In this document: in pieces, positions 46,515-55,637 of the stretch | How the letters are laid out: each line of letters begins with the position of its first letter | How positions within the stretch are numbered: the stretch's first letter is position 1 | Virus record (IMG/VR): IMGVR_UViG_3300017763_003980 | Reading direction: 5' to 3' (one strand) | Source of the DNA: a virus | Lineage: Duplodnaviria > Caudoviricetes | Length of the DNA: 64,000 bases | Notes under the pieces: model-generated | Databases searched by the model: none | What the model was told of the DNA's origin: nothing | Seen by the model: the letters and a program-made list of their open reading frames with translations, nothing else | Position numbers and translations under genes: made by a program

Positions 46515-48048
46515 CCTCTAGTACCTCTAACTTTTCTTCATTAAGTTCCTGCTCTTGTTCTTCTTCAACATTATCGTCTGTGTCAAACAATGAATTAAAG
46601 TAGGTTTGTGCATTAACAGTCTTTTTACCAATAGCACCTCTAGTACCTGGTATTGACATCCAGAATTTTGAAAATTCTTCAATTACTGCATTCGCTTCGT
46701 CTCGACTGTCAGTTGCGAATATTGCTTCCACAACATCTCTAAAAAATAACCTGTCGAAACGTTCTTCAACAAGCATGTTCGGAATGATTCCATTGTCGTA
46801 TTGTCTATTTGCTTCTTGTACTGCATTAATATGACTCCATACATTATGACCCATTTGGATCGCATATGAAAAACTATCCCAAGATGTTTTTCCTTCTTTA
46901 CCTATTTTATTTAGATCTCCTGGACCATATATGCATATATCTTTGGCTTGTAGTTCAGCAGTAATAGGAGAATCTTTAAAGCTAGTGTGCTTACCTTCTC
47001 TTACAAATGCACTGCCAAATGGTGTAGTATCTTGTGATAATCCTTTATCATCAATACTAGGAACCATTCGATATACCCATTTCAATCTATCTTGTGTTTC
47101 GAGTTCACAATAAATCTGTCCATTAGCAGTTGCTAAGAAAGGACTTGCACAATCAAATGTAATCATAAAGTTTGGATTATGATATTTACGAACTGCTCTT
47201 TGTATATCAGTTAGTAGTGTAGCCCACTCTAGTTTTGATGTACCTAAGAAGTGCATTACATCATGTATGCCTGTTTCCAGTAGTCCGTCGAATCTCAATG
47301 CAACTAGACGTTTAAGAACCAAATGTACATCACACATGTTCTGACCACCCATTGACCACCCATTAAAATGTGTGTCTGGATATACTTTAGGATCGCAGTA
47401 GTCTTTCATTTGATTGTACCAATCATCTGCGTCTGCGTGATTTTCGCCTTGTAATACATTTAAAAATTTACAAGCACCTGTTCTGTGCTTCATAAAATAA
47501 TCATTGTTAATACGTGTTGCGGCTACTGCTTCTGCATATGTTGAAATACCTGTTGCTTTTGCACCTTCTGGAGAACGTGCTACCCAAGCTGGAATATCAA
47601 GTATCATTCCATAGTCCATGTAAGCATCCATCCATTTAAGAACACCGTCACGTTTCTTTTGTGCTTTAGGACAGTTGGGATCTTTCCAGTCTCCTTCCCA
47701 AACGCCTTTACCAATTTGGAAACCGCCACTATCACCTAATAACCAAGTATTTGCTCTGTCTCTGTTTCGTACCATATCTTCTTTAGGTACAAACTTAGTT
47801 GTGTCTAAGTCGGCATGCCCTGCAGAATACAAACACCATTTGTATTGGAACATACCTTCTTGTTTATTAAGATAGTTTAAGCTTTCAACTCCATTTGGAA
47901 AGTTGCTAGGTACTCTAGCCGGATCAACATACGGACCTTTCACAGGATCAGGATGTCGCTGTTTACCAACATACGTTGCAAAGAACCCGCTAAGTGCTGG
48001 TAAAAAAGTTGCGTAATCCTGTTGTGCTTTTGTCAAGTCTGTAATCAT
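46489..48048 (-). CDS. dpdA: DNA 7-deazaguanine transglycosylase (TGT-like)
   Basis: LGDSGGFQ, MILDIP, VLQG, SMGG, HFLG, FDCASP, GHN: ordered TGT active-site motifs, next to folE/queE. Confidence 0.8.
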   Translation of the reverse strand: MITDLTKAQQDYATFLPALSGFFATYVGKQRHPDPVKGPYVDPARVPSNFPNGVESLNYLNKQEGMFQYKWCLYSAGHADLDTTKFVPKEDMVRNRDRANTWLLGDSGGFQIGKGVWEGDWKDPNCPKAQKKRDGVLKWMDAYMDYGMILDIPAWVARSPEGAKATGISTYAEAVAATRINNDYFMKHRTGACKFLNVLQGENHADADDWYNQMKDYCDPKVYPDTHFNGWSMGGQNMCDVHLVLKRLVALRFDGLLETGIHDVMHFLGTSKLEWATLLTDIQRAVRKYHNPNFMITFDCASPFLATANGQIYCELETQDRLKWVYRMVPSIDDKGLSQDTTPFGSAFVREGKHTSFKDSPITAELQAKDICIYGPGDLNKIGKEGKTSWDSFSYAIQMGHNVWSHINAVQEANRQYDNGIIPNMLVEERFDRLFFRDVVEAIFATDSRDEANAVIEEFSKFWMSIPGTRGAIGKKTVNAQTYFNSLFDTDDNVEEEQEQELNEEKLEVLEDEQLHSEA

Positions 48049-48251
48049 TATTTTCCCATATTCATTGGCGAATATTGTTCGCCATTATATTGAGACCCAG
48101 TTTTATTTGGTCCAGTCTCAACACCGTTATTACATGCAAATACTACAACGCAAAGAAAAATTGCACTCCACATCAAGCCTTTCTTAGACCAAGCCATAAA
48201 GCCGTCCATAGCTTGTTCTGCTTGTTTTTGTGCTTGTTCTGCTGGAGTCAT
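48048..48251 (-). CDS. small membrane protein
   Basis: Single hydrophobic segment LMWSAIFLCVVVFA. Confidence 0.6.
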   Translation of the reverse strand: MTPAEQAQKQAEQAMDGFMAWSKKGLMWSAIFLCVVVFACNNGVETGPNKTGSQYNGEQYSPMNMGK

Positions 48252-48983
48252 TTATTTGCTCTGTGCTGGAAGTATGTAATCATATTTTGCCAAACCACTA
48301 TCTACACTAATTTGCATAGCACCTTGATCACTAATACTCATAGTAATATCACCATCTAAATTTAAGATAGCTTGCACTTGTGCAACAGGCCAACTCCATG
48401 TATGAGATAATGTACCTTCGACACCAGCTTCAAAAACAAATGTACCTGCGTGTGTACTTGCATCACCAAAGCTAAACACTAAGTCATTGTCTTTAGTTGA
48501 AACATTAAATGTAGGCTCTTCTGAGTGTGCCGCACTTTGCAATTTCATTCTACCAATTGCTGCCATACTAGGTTGAAATGTTACATTCCAAGACGCACCT
48601 TTAAATTTTACACTTTTAAGTTTTTCTTCAATGATCTGTTTATTCATAAATCGATAATCATTTTCAAAGTCACCACTTGCGTTTTCAAAGTGTATATGTG
48701 TAGGAATAACTTCACCGTTCCTATCAGCAGTTACTACATCAATTTTAGCATCTTTTTGATACTCAGGATTTTTTAAATGTAATGCTAGTTTATCTAGGTT
48801 AGGCATTCCAAATGTGCCGTTAAATTCTGACACAGCTGAGTGCGTAGTAGAATTTAAAATCACAGAACGATCTTCTGCCATACTTTCGAAAGTTGTTGCT
48901 TCGCTTTCACTGTTTACCTTTACTAAGCTTAAAAAGCCTAGTGCGTGGGTTTTAGCAACAACGTCTTGTAAAATGTCTTTCAT
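48252..48983 (-). CDS. putative sliding clamp / replication accessory protein
   Basis: 243 aa, two-domain beta-rich pattern, C-terminal YDYILPA, location near DNA polymerase; no decisive motif. Confidence 0.45.
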   Translation of the reverse strand: MKDILQDVVAKTHALGFLSLVKVNSESEATTFESMAEDRSVILNSTTHSAVSEFNGTFGMPNLDKLALHLKNPEYQKDAKIDVVTADRNGEVIPTHIHFENASGDFENDYRFMNKQIIEEKLKSVKFKGASWNVTFQPSMAAIGRMKLQSAAHSEEPTFNVSTKDNDLVFSFGDASTHAGTFVFEAGVEGTLSHTWSWPVAQVQAILNLDGDITMSISDQGAMQISVDSGLAKYDYILPAQSK

Positions 48984-49744
48984 GCGGGTTCTCCATTAGT
49001 TATATTAAGTATAATGCCTTTATCAGCGTTTGTCAAGTAGTTTTCTATACTATATTTAGGTTTAAAGCCTAAGCTTTTCATTTTTTCTGTATTAGCACAT
49101 GTAAATGTCCTTTCGTTCGGGGTATTTAGACGAATAGGAGCATCAGGTGCTAAGTCACGGACTTTAATCGGGTTACCTGATCCGATGTCTAATACTCCTT
49201 TGACATGGGGTTTATTAATTAGTATTTGTATAGCATCGCAAACATCATTAATATGTATGAAGTCTCGATGATGGTTAGTTACGTATTCTAATTTATTGTT
49301 AAAAAGTTTATCAAGAAACATTCCTTTTCTTGGAGTGTCACTCCATACAGTATGAAATCTCATACCTAATGTATTTGGATAGCGTTCTGCTAATTCTTCT
49401 AGCACATATTTACTTGCCGCATAAGGATTTAAGTCTGGTTCGTATGCACTCGAACTGCTCGCATACAATATACGTGTTTCAGGATAACGCTCAAACAATC
49501 GCCTACTTGCTTCTATATTATTCTGCCAATATGCCGCAGGATCATTAATGCTTTCACGAACACCAGAACGTCCTGCTAAGTGTATAATTAAATCAAAATC
49601 TACGTTAGGTAAATCACAAGTAAGCAAGTCTTGTCCGTCTAATAAATCGATACCTACTACGTCATTGTGTAATAGTCTTTTGTGCAATCTACTACCAATA
49701 AATCCTCTATGACCTGTTAGTAGTATTTTTTGTACGGCTATCAT
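48980..49744 (-). CDS. NAD-dependent epimerase/dehydratase (extended SDR)
   Basis: ILLTGHRGFIG, IHLAG, YASSSS, YAASK, RFHTVW; start approximate. Confidence 0.85.
   Translation of the reverse strand: MIAVQKILLTGHRGFIGSRLHKRLLHNDVVGIDLLDGQDLLTCDLPNVDFDLIIHLAGRSGVRESINDPAAYWQNNIEASRRLFERYPETRILYASSSSAYEPDLNPYAASKYVLEELAERYPNTLGMRFHTVWSDTPRKGMFLDKLFNNKLEYVTNHHRDFIHINDVCDAIQILINKPHVKGVLDIGSGNPIKVRDLAPDAPIRLNTPNERTFTCANTEKMKSLGFKPKYSIENYLTNADKGIILNITNGEPA
49008..49036 (-). promoter_or_regulatory. sigma70-type promoter
   Basis: TTGACA-N17-TATACT upstream of 48983. Confidence 0.7.
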
Positions 49745-50460
49745 GATGCTATTCCAGACTCTTGAAAAAATTGTAGATACTCTCTTGTTTGCTGCCAACT
49801 ACTTACTGCTCTAGTGTGGTTCACAACTTGTGCTAAAGGATAATCGTTTCCGTCCTTATCCATTCTATCTCCGAAGAAATATTTAGTATCTTCGGCATCA
49901 AAGTCTTTTATAATTTGTGCTTTATCAGTGCCGATAGGTGATATATCGATACCTGTTTCTCCGCCTACTGTTGCCTTGATCTTAGGAAACAATGCATTGA
50001 ATTGTCTTGCAATTATTTCACGTTCAGAAGTTAAAGAGTCATAAACTACATATTTTTCTCTTTGTTCTTTTGTTGCATTGCGACCAACAACACTAAAATT
50101 TACCATACCAGGACGATGTTCAAAATGCAATCCTGTTCGTAAGTTGAAATCACTTTCTGTGAGCTCAATACTAAGCCACTCGTGTGCATCTTCTGGTAAT
50201 ATCCAATCGTTAGATCTAACATTTACATCTTTTTCCCAAACATCATTACCATTGCAATTATATACACGTTTACAGCTATTATAAATTGTTTCGCCGATTT
50301 GTTCGAGCGTTTTAGGCCGATCACTGCCTGTAACAAGATAAACATCATTTGATTGGCAAAACGATTTAAACCAAACTGCAAATCGTTCATCGATTACTTG
50401 CCTGCTCGGAGTTAATGTTCCGTCAACATCAAAAATAAATTTATTTTTTACTTTTTTCAC
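49741..50460 (-). CDS. HAD-IIB phosphomannomutase-like protein (eukaryote-type PMM)
   Basis: FIFDVDGTLTPSR, LVTGSD, GMVNFS..GRNA..EQR, GGETGIDI, FFGD...GNDYPL; GTG start 50460. Confidence 0.8.
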   Translation of the reverse strand: MKKVKNKFIFDVDGTLTPSRQVIDERFAVWFKSFCQSNDVYLVTGSDRPKTLEQIGETIYNSCKRVYNCNGNDVWEKDVNVRSNDWILPEDAHEWLSIELTESDFNLRTGLHFEHRPGMVNFSVVGRNATKEQREKYVVYDSLTSEREIIARQFNALFPKIKATVGGETGIDISPIGTDKAQIIKDFDAEDTKYFFGDRMDKDGNDYPLAQVVNHTRAVSSWQQTREYLQFFQESGIAS

Positions 50461-50620
50461 CCTTCTTTTTCCTTTTTGCATACATACCACTAGTATATTC
50501 TACTTCTTCAGATCTAGCACCATATGGATAAACTGTAATTTCGTTGCCTTTAGCTAACCATTCTTTGACTAATTTTCTGTCTGCTTCAATAGCCAATCTC
50601 TTTTCTTCTGCGTCAGTCAT
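50441..50620 (-). CDS. small hypothetical protein (59 aa, absent from ORF track)
   Basis: MTDAEEKRLAIEADRKLVKEWLAKGNEIT...; ATGA overlap with the upstream stop. Confidence 0.65.
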   Translation of the reverse strand: MTDAEEKRLAIEADRKLVKEWLAKGNEITVYPYGARSEEVEYTSGMYAKRKKKGEKSKK

Positions 50621-51033
50621 TTCTTCTCCGTGTCAGCTACTCGTGAACGTAAATCACTTGTGCTGAATCGGTGATCTCGTTTATTAAAATGCAAATCTAT
50701 ATCTCTACTACGACATATATCCTTGCCAGTAAAATCCTTATCGCGATATTCTTCTCCTAATATTCTAATGTTTATAGGATACATCTGCAAAATATCTTCT
50801 AAATCTTCTTCTGTGCCATAAGGGATAATTTCATCTACATAACCAACTGCTTTTAATTGTGTATAACGTTCTACAATAGTTTGTATTGGTGAGTTCTTTT
50901 CTTTTCTATCTACGCTAGGATCAACTTGTAACCCCACTAACAAATAGTCGCATTGCTCTTTCGCTTCACGTAGCATAATTACATGTCCTGCATGTAATAG
51001 ATCAAATGTACTGCAAGTAAATCCTACTTTCAT
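50617..51033 (-). CDS. glycerol-3-phosphate cytidylyltransferase-like nucleotidyltransferase
   Basis: TFDLLHAGH (HIGH), LLVGLQVD, RILGEEY, RDHRFSTS. Confidence 0.88.
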   Translation of the reverse strand: MKVGFTCSTFDLLHAGHVIMLREAKEQCDYLLVGLQVDPSVDRKEKNSPIQTIVERYTQLKAVGYVDEIIPYGTEEDLEDILQMYPINIRILGEEYRDKDFTGKDICRSRDIDLHFNKRDHRFSTSDLRSRVADTEKK

Positions 51034-51362
51034 TAGTGTTTCCTTTGCCCGTCAAAGACGCAAATAAAATACATGTCTGCATCACGTGGATTTATTACTT
51101 TATGGAATACACCATCATTGATAGGTACTACATCGCCTGCTTCTACTTCGATAAATTCATTATCCAATTGCATTTGTCCTGCCCCTTCGATAAACAAATA
51201 TACTTCTTCTTGTCCATCATGTTTATGTCCACTTGTTTCTTTATGTCCGTGTAATCTGGTACTGCTTAGGACTAGTGTATTACCAAAAGGATTGTCTTTA
51301 ACAACATACCTATCATCTTGTTTTGCAATATAACCGCCTATGTCATCCAGATTTACTTTCAT
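51033..51362 (-). CDS. cupin_2 protein (mannose-6-phosphate isomerase-like)
   Basis: HKHDGQEEVYLFIEG.G...GDVVPI.DG.FHKV. Confidence 0.8.
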   Translation of the reverse strand: MKVNLDDIGGYIAKQDDRYVVKDNPFGNTLVLSSTRLHGHKETSGHKHDGQEEVYLFIEGAGQMQLDNEFIEVEAGDVVPINDGVFHKVINPRDADMYFICVFDGQRKH

Positions 51363-51463
51363 TGTCTCTCCTTTAGTTCTTTTAGTACATCCATTATTTG
51401 TTCTACTAAGTCTGCATCATCAGGCTTATCAGAATCAATTTCAATCTCTACTTTAATTTTCAT
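51359..51463 (-). CDS. small hypothetical protein (34 aa, absent from ORF track)
   Basis: MKIKVEIEIDSDKPDD...; fills the gap between polymerase and cupin with ATGA coupling. Confidence 0.6.
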   Translation of the reverse strand: MKIKVEIEIDSDKPDDADLVEQIMDVLKELKERQ

Positions 51464-54133
51464 TTATTCTCCAAAATCAAATAAACTGTTAAACGTATTG
51501 TTACGCTTTGTATCTTCTAACGGATAGTTTAGCACACCAATTAAGTTGTCTAGCTTATTATCAATAATAGTTTCTGCCATTGCTGCATCGTCAAATGGCA
51601 GTTCTTTGAACCAATCAGGTATATGAAGCTCATCTGTTGGATAAGCAACACTTGTATACCCTAGTGGGTTCTGTTTTAATTTACAAACAATAACTTTCAT
51701 ACCGTCAACAATTTCTTGCGAATACTTGTCGCCATTCATGCGTTTAAGTGTATTCCAGTTAATGCTTGCTCGTACATGACCAGGCATATTTGCCTTGCCT
51801 TGTTTTTCTTCTAGTCGCTGATAGTGACCAATTTTATTAGCACGTTTCGGCGAACCCTTTTCCCAACCAGGACGTTCACTAAACTCTTTACGGAATACAG
51901 TAATACGTTCTAGTACATCTTCTACTGGCTTGTCTGTTAGTACCATTAGTAATAGTTCACTTAAAAACTCTTGCATAAACACAGGTGTATCTGATCTACG
52001 CAAGTCTAAGCCCATAGCTTTTACTTTTCCAGCTTTGCCATCAACGTCAGTTCTAAACCCTTCGTTGTCAATTACTAGTGCTGCATAACGTTTCTTAGTA
52101 ATATATAATCCGCTTTCTGCAACAATTTCTCTACCAGCTGCAATAACTTCTGCACGACTTGCTGGACAGTGAAATGCTTGGGCCATAAATTTTGTAAACG
52201 TACTATCTACAGCCTCGCTTACTTGATCATAAAGCTTAATAGCATTTTCTTTTGACCATGGAATTTTACCTGAATCAATATCAGCTTTAAGTGTTGGGTA
52301 TGCACTAAAATATACAGAGTCAGTGTCACCATAAATTACTGCTTCACCTGTGTGATCATACTTACCTGCAATGACGTTGTTAGCTTCTGCACTCATATGC
52401 TTAACAATAGTTCGACCACTTAGTGTGGTTGATTGACCAATTCTTTTATCAAAAAATCTACAGCCTGGATTTAAAATAGCACCATACAAACTATTCAAGT
52501 TAATCTTCTTAACAAGTTGACGTTTGTCCCAGTATTCAATTTCAATAGAATTGCCTGCGTCTTTTGCTTTTTTAAGTTGTGCTTGTAGATCTTTACGTTC
52601 ACTATACCAACGCTTTAGAAGTCCAGGAATAACACCTTCGTATTCTGTTGTAAAAATTGTGCCATTTGAACTAAGCATCCAAGGTTTATTACTATCAAAG
52701 ATTACTTTGTATATTTCAGCACCACTCATTACCTTTGATTCGCCGTTCTCAAAGTCAACTGTAAGTGCAACATCTTTGCGTTGCTCCATAACAGCTTCGT
52801 ATTCTTCTGTACTAAAACGCCCTTCCCAACTACCTGCAAATGACTTTTTCTTTAGACCCATATCTTCTGTTACACGAGCATCTGAAATATCAGGACGTAT
52901 TTGTCCAACAATAGTTGCCGGATCCATATTCAATGCACGAATTACACTAGGATATAGACTGTTCAAGTCCATACTTGCAATCCATTTGTGCAGTCCTTTT
53001 TTCGGAAATGCCACATACGCACCTGCGGCTTGTGTGTTTTCATCATCACGTTTTGCACGATTAGGAACTTGCATGCCTCGATGATGTGCTTCGTTGACAA
53101 TGGCTTGTTCTGTAACTGCTACGGCCCCCATAGTGGTTTGTAGCAAAACAGTGTTTGCATGAGCAAGTTCGTTACTAAGATCAATAAATCTTAGTTTTTT
53201 GTCCAGCTTGTCCAGTAGTGCGGTATCTTGTATGTTGTATTCGATGAACTTTCTAAAGTCATTGTTGTACAATGCGTCCAAAGTACCTTCATAAGGGACC
53301 TTGTTCTCGCCAACTTCGATTTCGCCAATGGCATCAAGTCTATATGTGTGTCTTTCTTCATATGTATATTTACGATATAAATTCAAACTATCTAAATGCA
53401 CTCTGCCTATTAGGTCAAAGGTTTGTGCTATTTTACCATACTTTTCATATTCACGCTTCTTAGGAAGTTGTCCCCACAAGCAAAATCTACGTGTGTCATC
53501 TTTGCTTAGTACACGAGCAGTTCTGTTTACAGTATAAGGAATATCATAACCTTCGCTGTTCCAACCTGATAAGATATCACTATCTTCAATCAGTGTCAAG
53601 AAAGTGTCAATCATGTCACCTTCTTTTTCAAACAACATTACATTGTCGATACCTTCAAGTTCTTTTTTAGCTTCGTCCATAGTAAGTGTCTTAGGAGGAA
53701 CAGCCAAGCATACCATTGTTTCTAACCATTGCAAGTATACTGAGATACTTGTAATAGGCATAAAGGGATCACTTGGATCAGCAAAGCCTCTCTCTGGATC
53801 AAAGTCAGTCTCAATATCAAAGAATGCAATGTTTAGTTTAGGTGCATCTTGATTAAGATAGTTTTCACTTAAACATTGAAATATAGGATTAATGTCGCTT
53901 TCGAATAGTTGCTTGTCTCTATTAATAGCAACTTCTTTGCGGAAGTCTTTTGTGTTTTTGCAAACAATACGACTTAGTGGGTCACCGTATATACTTTTAT
54001 ACTTGCCACGTTGGTCTTTGTAATAAAAAGTATACTTTACCGGATACTCTGTAAAATGTCTTTTGCCTTCTCGACGTTCAACAGCTCTAATAATATCAGA
54101 ATCTCTATCGAACATTGCGTCCACGTAACTCAA
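51464..54133 (-). CDS. polB: family B DNA polymerase (T4 gp43-like)
   Basis: Exo motifs FFDIETD, WNSEGYD, YNIQD; pol motifs DLNSLYPS, KINLNSLYG, YGDTDS, KKRY; TTG start with GAGGAGG RBS. Confidence 0.95.
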   Translation of the reverse strand: MSYVDAMFDRDSDIIRAVERREGKRHFTEYPVKYTFYYKDQRGKYKSIYGDPLSRIVCKNTKDFRKEVAINRDKQLFESDINPIFQCLSENYLNQDAPKLNIAFFDIETDFDPERGFADPSDPFMPITSISVYLQWLETMVCLAVPPKTLTMDEAKKELEGIDNVMLFEKEGDMIDTFLTLIEDSDILSGWNSEGYDIPYTVNRTARVLSKDDTRRFCLWGQLPKKREYEKYGKIAQTFDLIGRVHLDSLNLYRKYTYEERHTYRLDAIGEIEVGENKVPYEGTLDALYNNDFRKFIEYNIQDTALLDKLDKKLRFIDLSNELAHANTVLLQTTMGAVAVTEQAIVNEAHHRGMQVPNRAKRDDENTQAAGAYVAFPKKGLHKWIASMDLNSLYPSVIRALNMDPATIVGQIRPDISDARVTEDMGLKKKSFAGSWEGRFSTEEYEAVMEQRKDVALTVDFENGESKVMSGAEIYKVIFDSNKPWMLSSNGTIFTTEYEGVIPGLLKRWYSERKDLQAQLKKAKDAGNSIEIEYWDKRQLVKKINLNSLYGAILNPGCRFFDKRIGQSTTLSGRTIVKHMSAEANNVIAGKYDHTGEAVIYGDTDSVYFSAYPTLKADIDSGKIPWSKENAIKLYDQVSEAVDSTFTKFMAQAFHCPASRAEVIAAGREIVAESGLYITKKRYAALVIDNEGFRTDVDGKAGKVKAMGLDLRRSDTPVFMQEFLSELLLMVLTDKPVEDVLERITVFRKEFSERPGWEKGSPKRANKIGHYQRLEEKQGKANMPGHVRASINWNTLKRMNGDKYSQEIVDGMKVIVCKLKQNPLGYTSVAYPTDELHIPDWFKELPFDDAAMAETIIDNKLDNLIGVLNYPLEDTKRNNTFNSLFDFGE

Positions 54134-54146
54134 ATCTTTGCCTCCT

Positions 54147-54164
54147 CGTTGCTTGCGGCCAACG
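54147..54164 (-). promoter_or_regulatory. hairpin abutting the polymerase RBS (possible translational operator)
   Basis: CGTTG-N8-CAACG immediately 5' of GAGGAGG. Confidence 0.4.
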
Positions 54165-54209
54165 CTAACCTTACTTGCTCTTTAGTGAGCGAATCTATAC
54201 TAATATATA

Positions 54210-54491
54210 TCACTGTAACACAAACAATTGTATTAAAGCGATTGTATTCATTACAACAAACCAGCTACATAATATAATTGTAAATGCCGCTTTGCGTATA
54301 ACAGTACTAATCAAACCTAGCAAACTACCTATGAGATACATAGGAATAAAAATTTCAGTTGCAGGATCGAGTACTGTAAATGTTAGTACTGCACTAGCAC
54401 CTACTAGGAAAATAGTTTCAACTAATTCACAGTAGAATGCAAATGGACTTAGTCGATAACTTTCTTTGAAGTAGCCAACGATACCATTCAC
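54210..54491 (-). CDS. small membrane protein
   Basis: Three hydrophobic segments, 93 aa. Confidence 0.7.
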   Translation of the reverse strand: MNGIVGYFKESYRLSPFAFYCELVETIFLVGASAVLTFTVLDPATEIFIPMYLIGSLLGLISTVIRKAAFTIILCSWFVVMNTIALIQLFVLQ

Positions 54492-54748
54492 TTATCTTTA
54501 CCCACTGTTACAACAAGTGTTTCAAGATCATCAAACGCATCGGCATGTTGTGCCCAATCGCCTTTTTGTGCAATCTTAATTGCTTTGTTAATAAGAGTAG
54601 GTTTCATGTCCAATTCTTCTGCTACTGCTTTAACAGTTTCCTTTAGACCTGTGCTTAAATCTTCAATTTCTTGTAATACTGTTACGCCTTCGTTGACAAG
54701 ACGTTCTAACTTAGCTTTTTCTTCAGCGCCATAGGTGCGATCACTCAT
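54488..54748 (-). CDS. small dsDNA-binding protein (T4 DsbA / GapR-like)
   Basis: KLERLVNEG...EIEDL...LKETVKAV...KPTLINKAIK helical pattern. Confidence 0.55.
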   Translation of the reverse strand: MSDRTYGAEEKAKLERLVNEGVTVLQEIEDLSTGLKETVKAVAEELDMKPTLINKAIKIAQKGDWAQHADAFDDLETLVVTVGKDK

Positions 54749-54783
54749 ACAATTTCTCCATTAGGTGTTAGTGTAATTGTATT

Positions 54784-54812
54784 ATTATACTACAGTTTTA
54801 AGGGGTTGTCAA
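54784..54812 (-). promoter_or_regulatory. consensus sigma70 promoter of the replication operon
   Basis: Perfect TTGACA-N17-TATAAT. Confidence 0.8.
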
Positions 54813-55637
54813 CTACTTTTTTGAGTTTAATGCTGCCCAGAGTTGGGACTTTATGGATTCATTAGTATCTTTATGTTTTTGTTTACGGGGAATGGTTTTT
54901 GTTTTATCTTTATGACCGCCTGCGGCACCACTTTTTCGTAGGTCATTCATATACTGAGCATTTGGATCTCTTGCTTTGATAGGTTTTTGTTTGTTCTTTT
55001 TATTTGCTGTTAATTTGTCAACAGCGCCACCAACTGCTTTGGCTGCTAATCCTCTAGCTGCCATACCTGCTATTGCTGGTAATATTTCATCTAGCTCTTG
55101 TGATATTGCTTCAATTAAAGAATCTTGATCAAAATTTAACGATTCTTTTTGACCTTGTTGCGCCTTGTATTCATCTTTATAATCTTTAGATGTCTTAGGC
55201 TTTGGCTTGGCTGTAGGTACTTTTGGCTCTTTAGCTTTATCGTATTCGTCTTTAGCAGCCTTAAACGCTGGACTTAGTTTATGAGGATCTTTATAGCCTG
55301 CTTTTGCTCCAGTTTTAAAAGAGCTGGCACCGGACTTGACTGCAGCTTTTGCCGCTTTAGCACCAGTTTTAATAGTTTTCTTAAAATTATCGAACTTTTC
55401 GCCTTCATTAAGTTGAACGCCTGCTAGTTTAGCAAAATCACTTATACTATAATCTTTATCTACTGGCATAGTGCCTTCTGGAATATCAGAAACACTTTCT
55501 TCTAAATGATTTACTGTTAAATCTTCAGATCCAACGGATGCTTTTCCTGAAGCCATTTCAGTAAGCTTGCGTATATCTTCTGCAGGATCTGCAGGATCAA
55601 TTTCAAATAGTTTTTGCTGGAGAGCATGATAGTCCAT
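54813..55637 (-). CDS. modular Lys/Ala-rich putative internal head protein
   Basis: Alternating acidic and basic segments separated by xxE sites (LNE, QKE, LDE, TNE). Confidence 0.55.
   Translation of the reverse strand: MDYHALQQKLFEIDPADPAEDIRKLTEMASGKASVGSEDLTVNHLEESVSDIPEGTMPVDKDYSISDFAKLAGVQLNEGEKFDNFKKTIKTGAKAAKAAVKSGASSFKTGAKAGYKDPHKLSPAFKAAKDEYDKAKEPKVPTAKPKPKTSKDYKDEYKAQQGQKESLNFDQDSLIEAISQELDEILPAIAGMAARGLAAKAVGGAVDKLTANKKNKQKPIKARDPNAQYMNDLRKSGAAGGHKDKTKTIPRKQKHKDTNESIKSQLWAALNSKK

Noticed and set aside
46489-48048. tRNA-guanine transglycosylase (tgt) for queuosine tRNA modification
   Set aside because: At 519 aa it is diverged, lacks the CxCxxC Zn motif of bacterial Tgt and sits in a phage replication context, so DpdA fits better; tRNA activity is not formally excluded
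51464-54133. Intein or intron in the DNA polymerase
   Set aside because: The ORF is continuous at 889 aa with normally spaced motifs and no intein or homing-endonuclease signature
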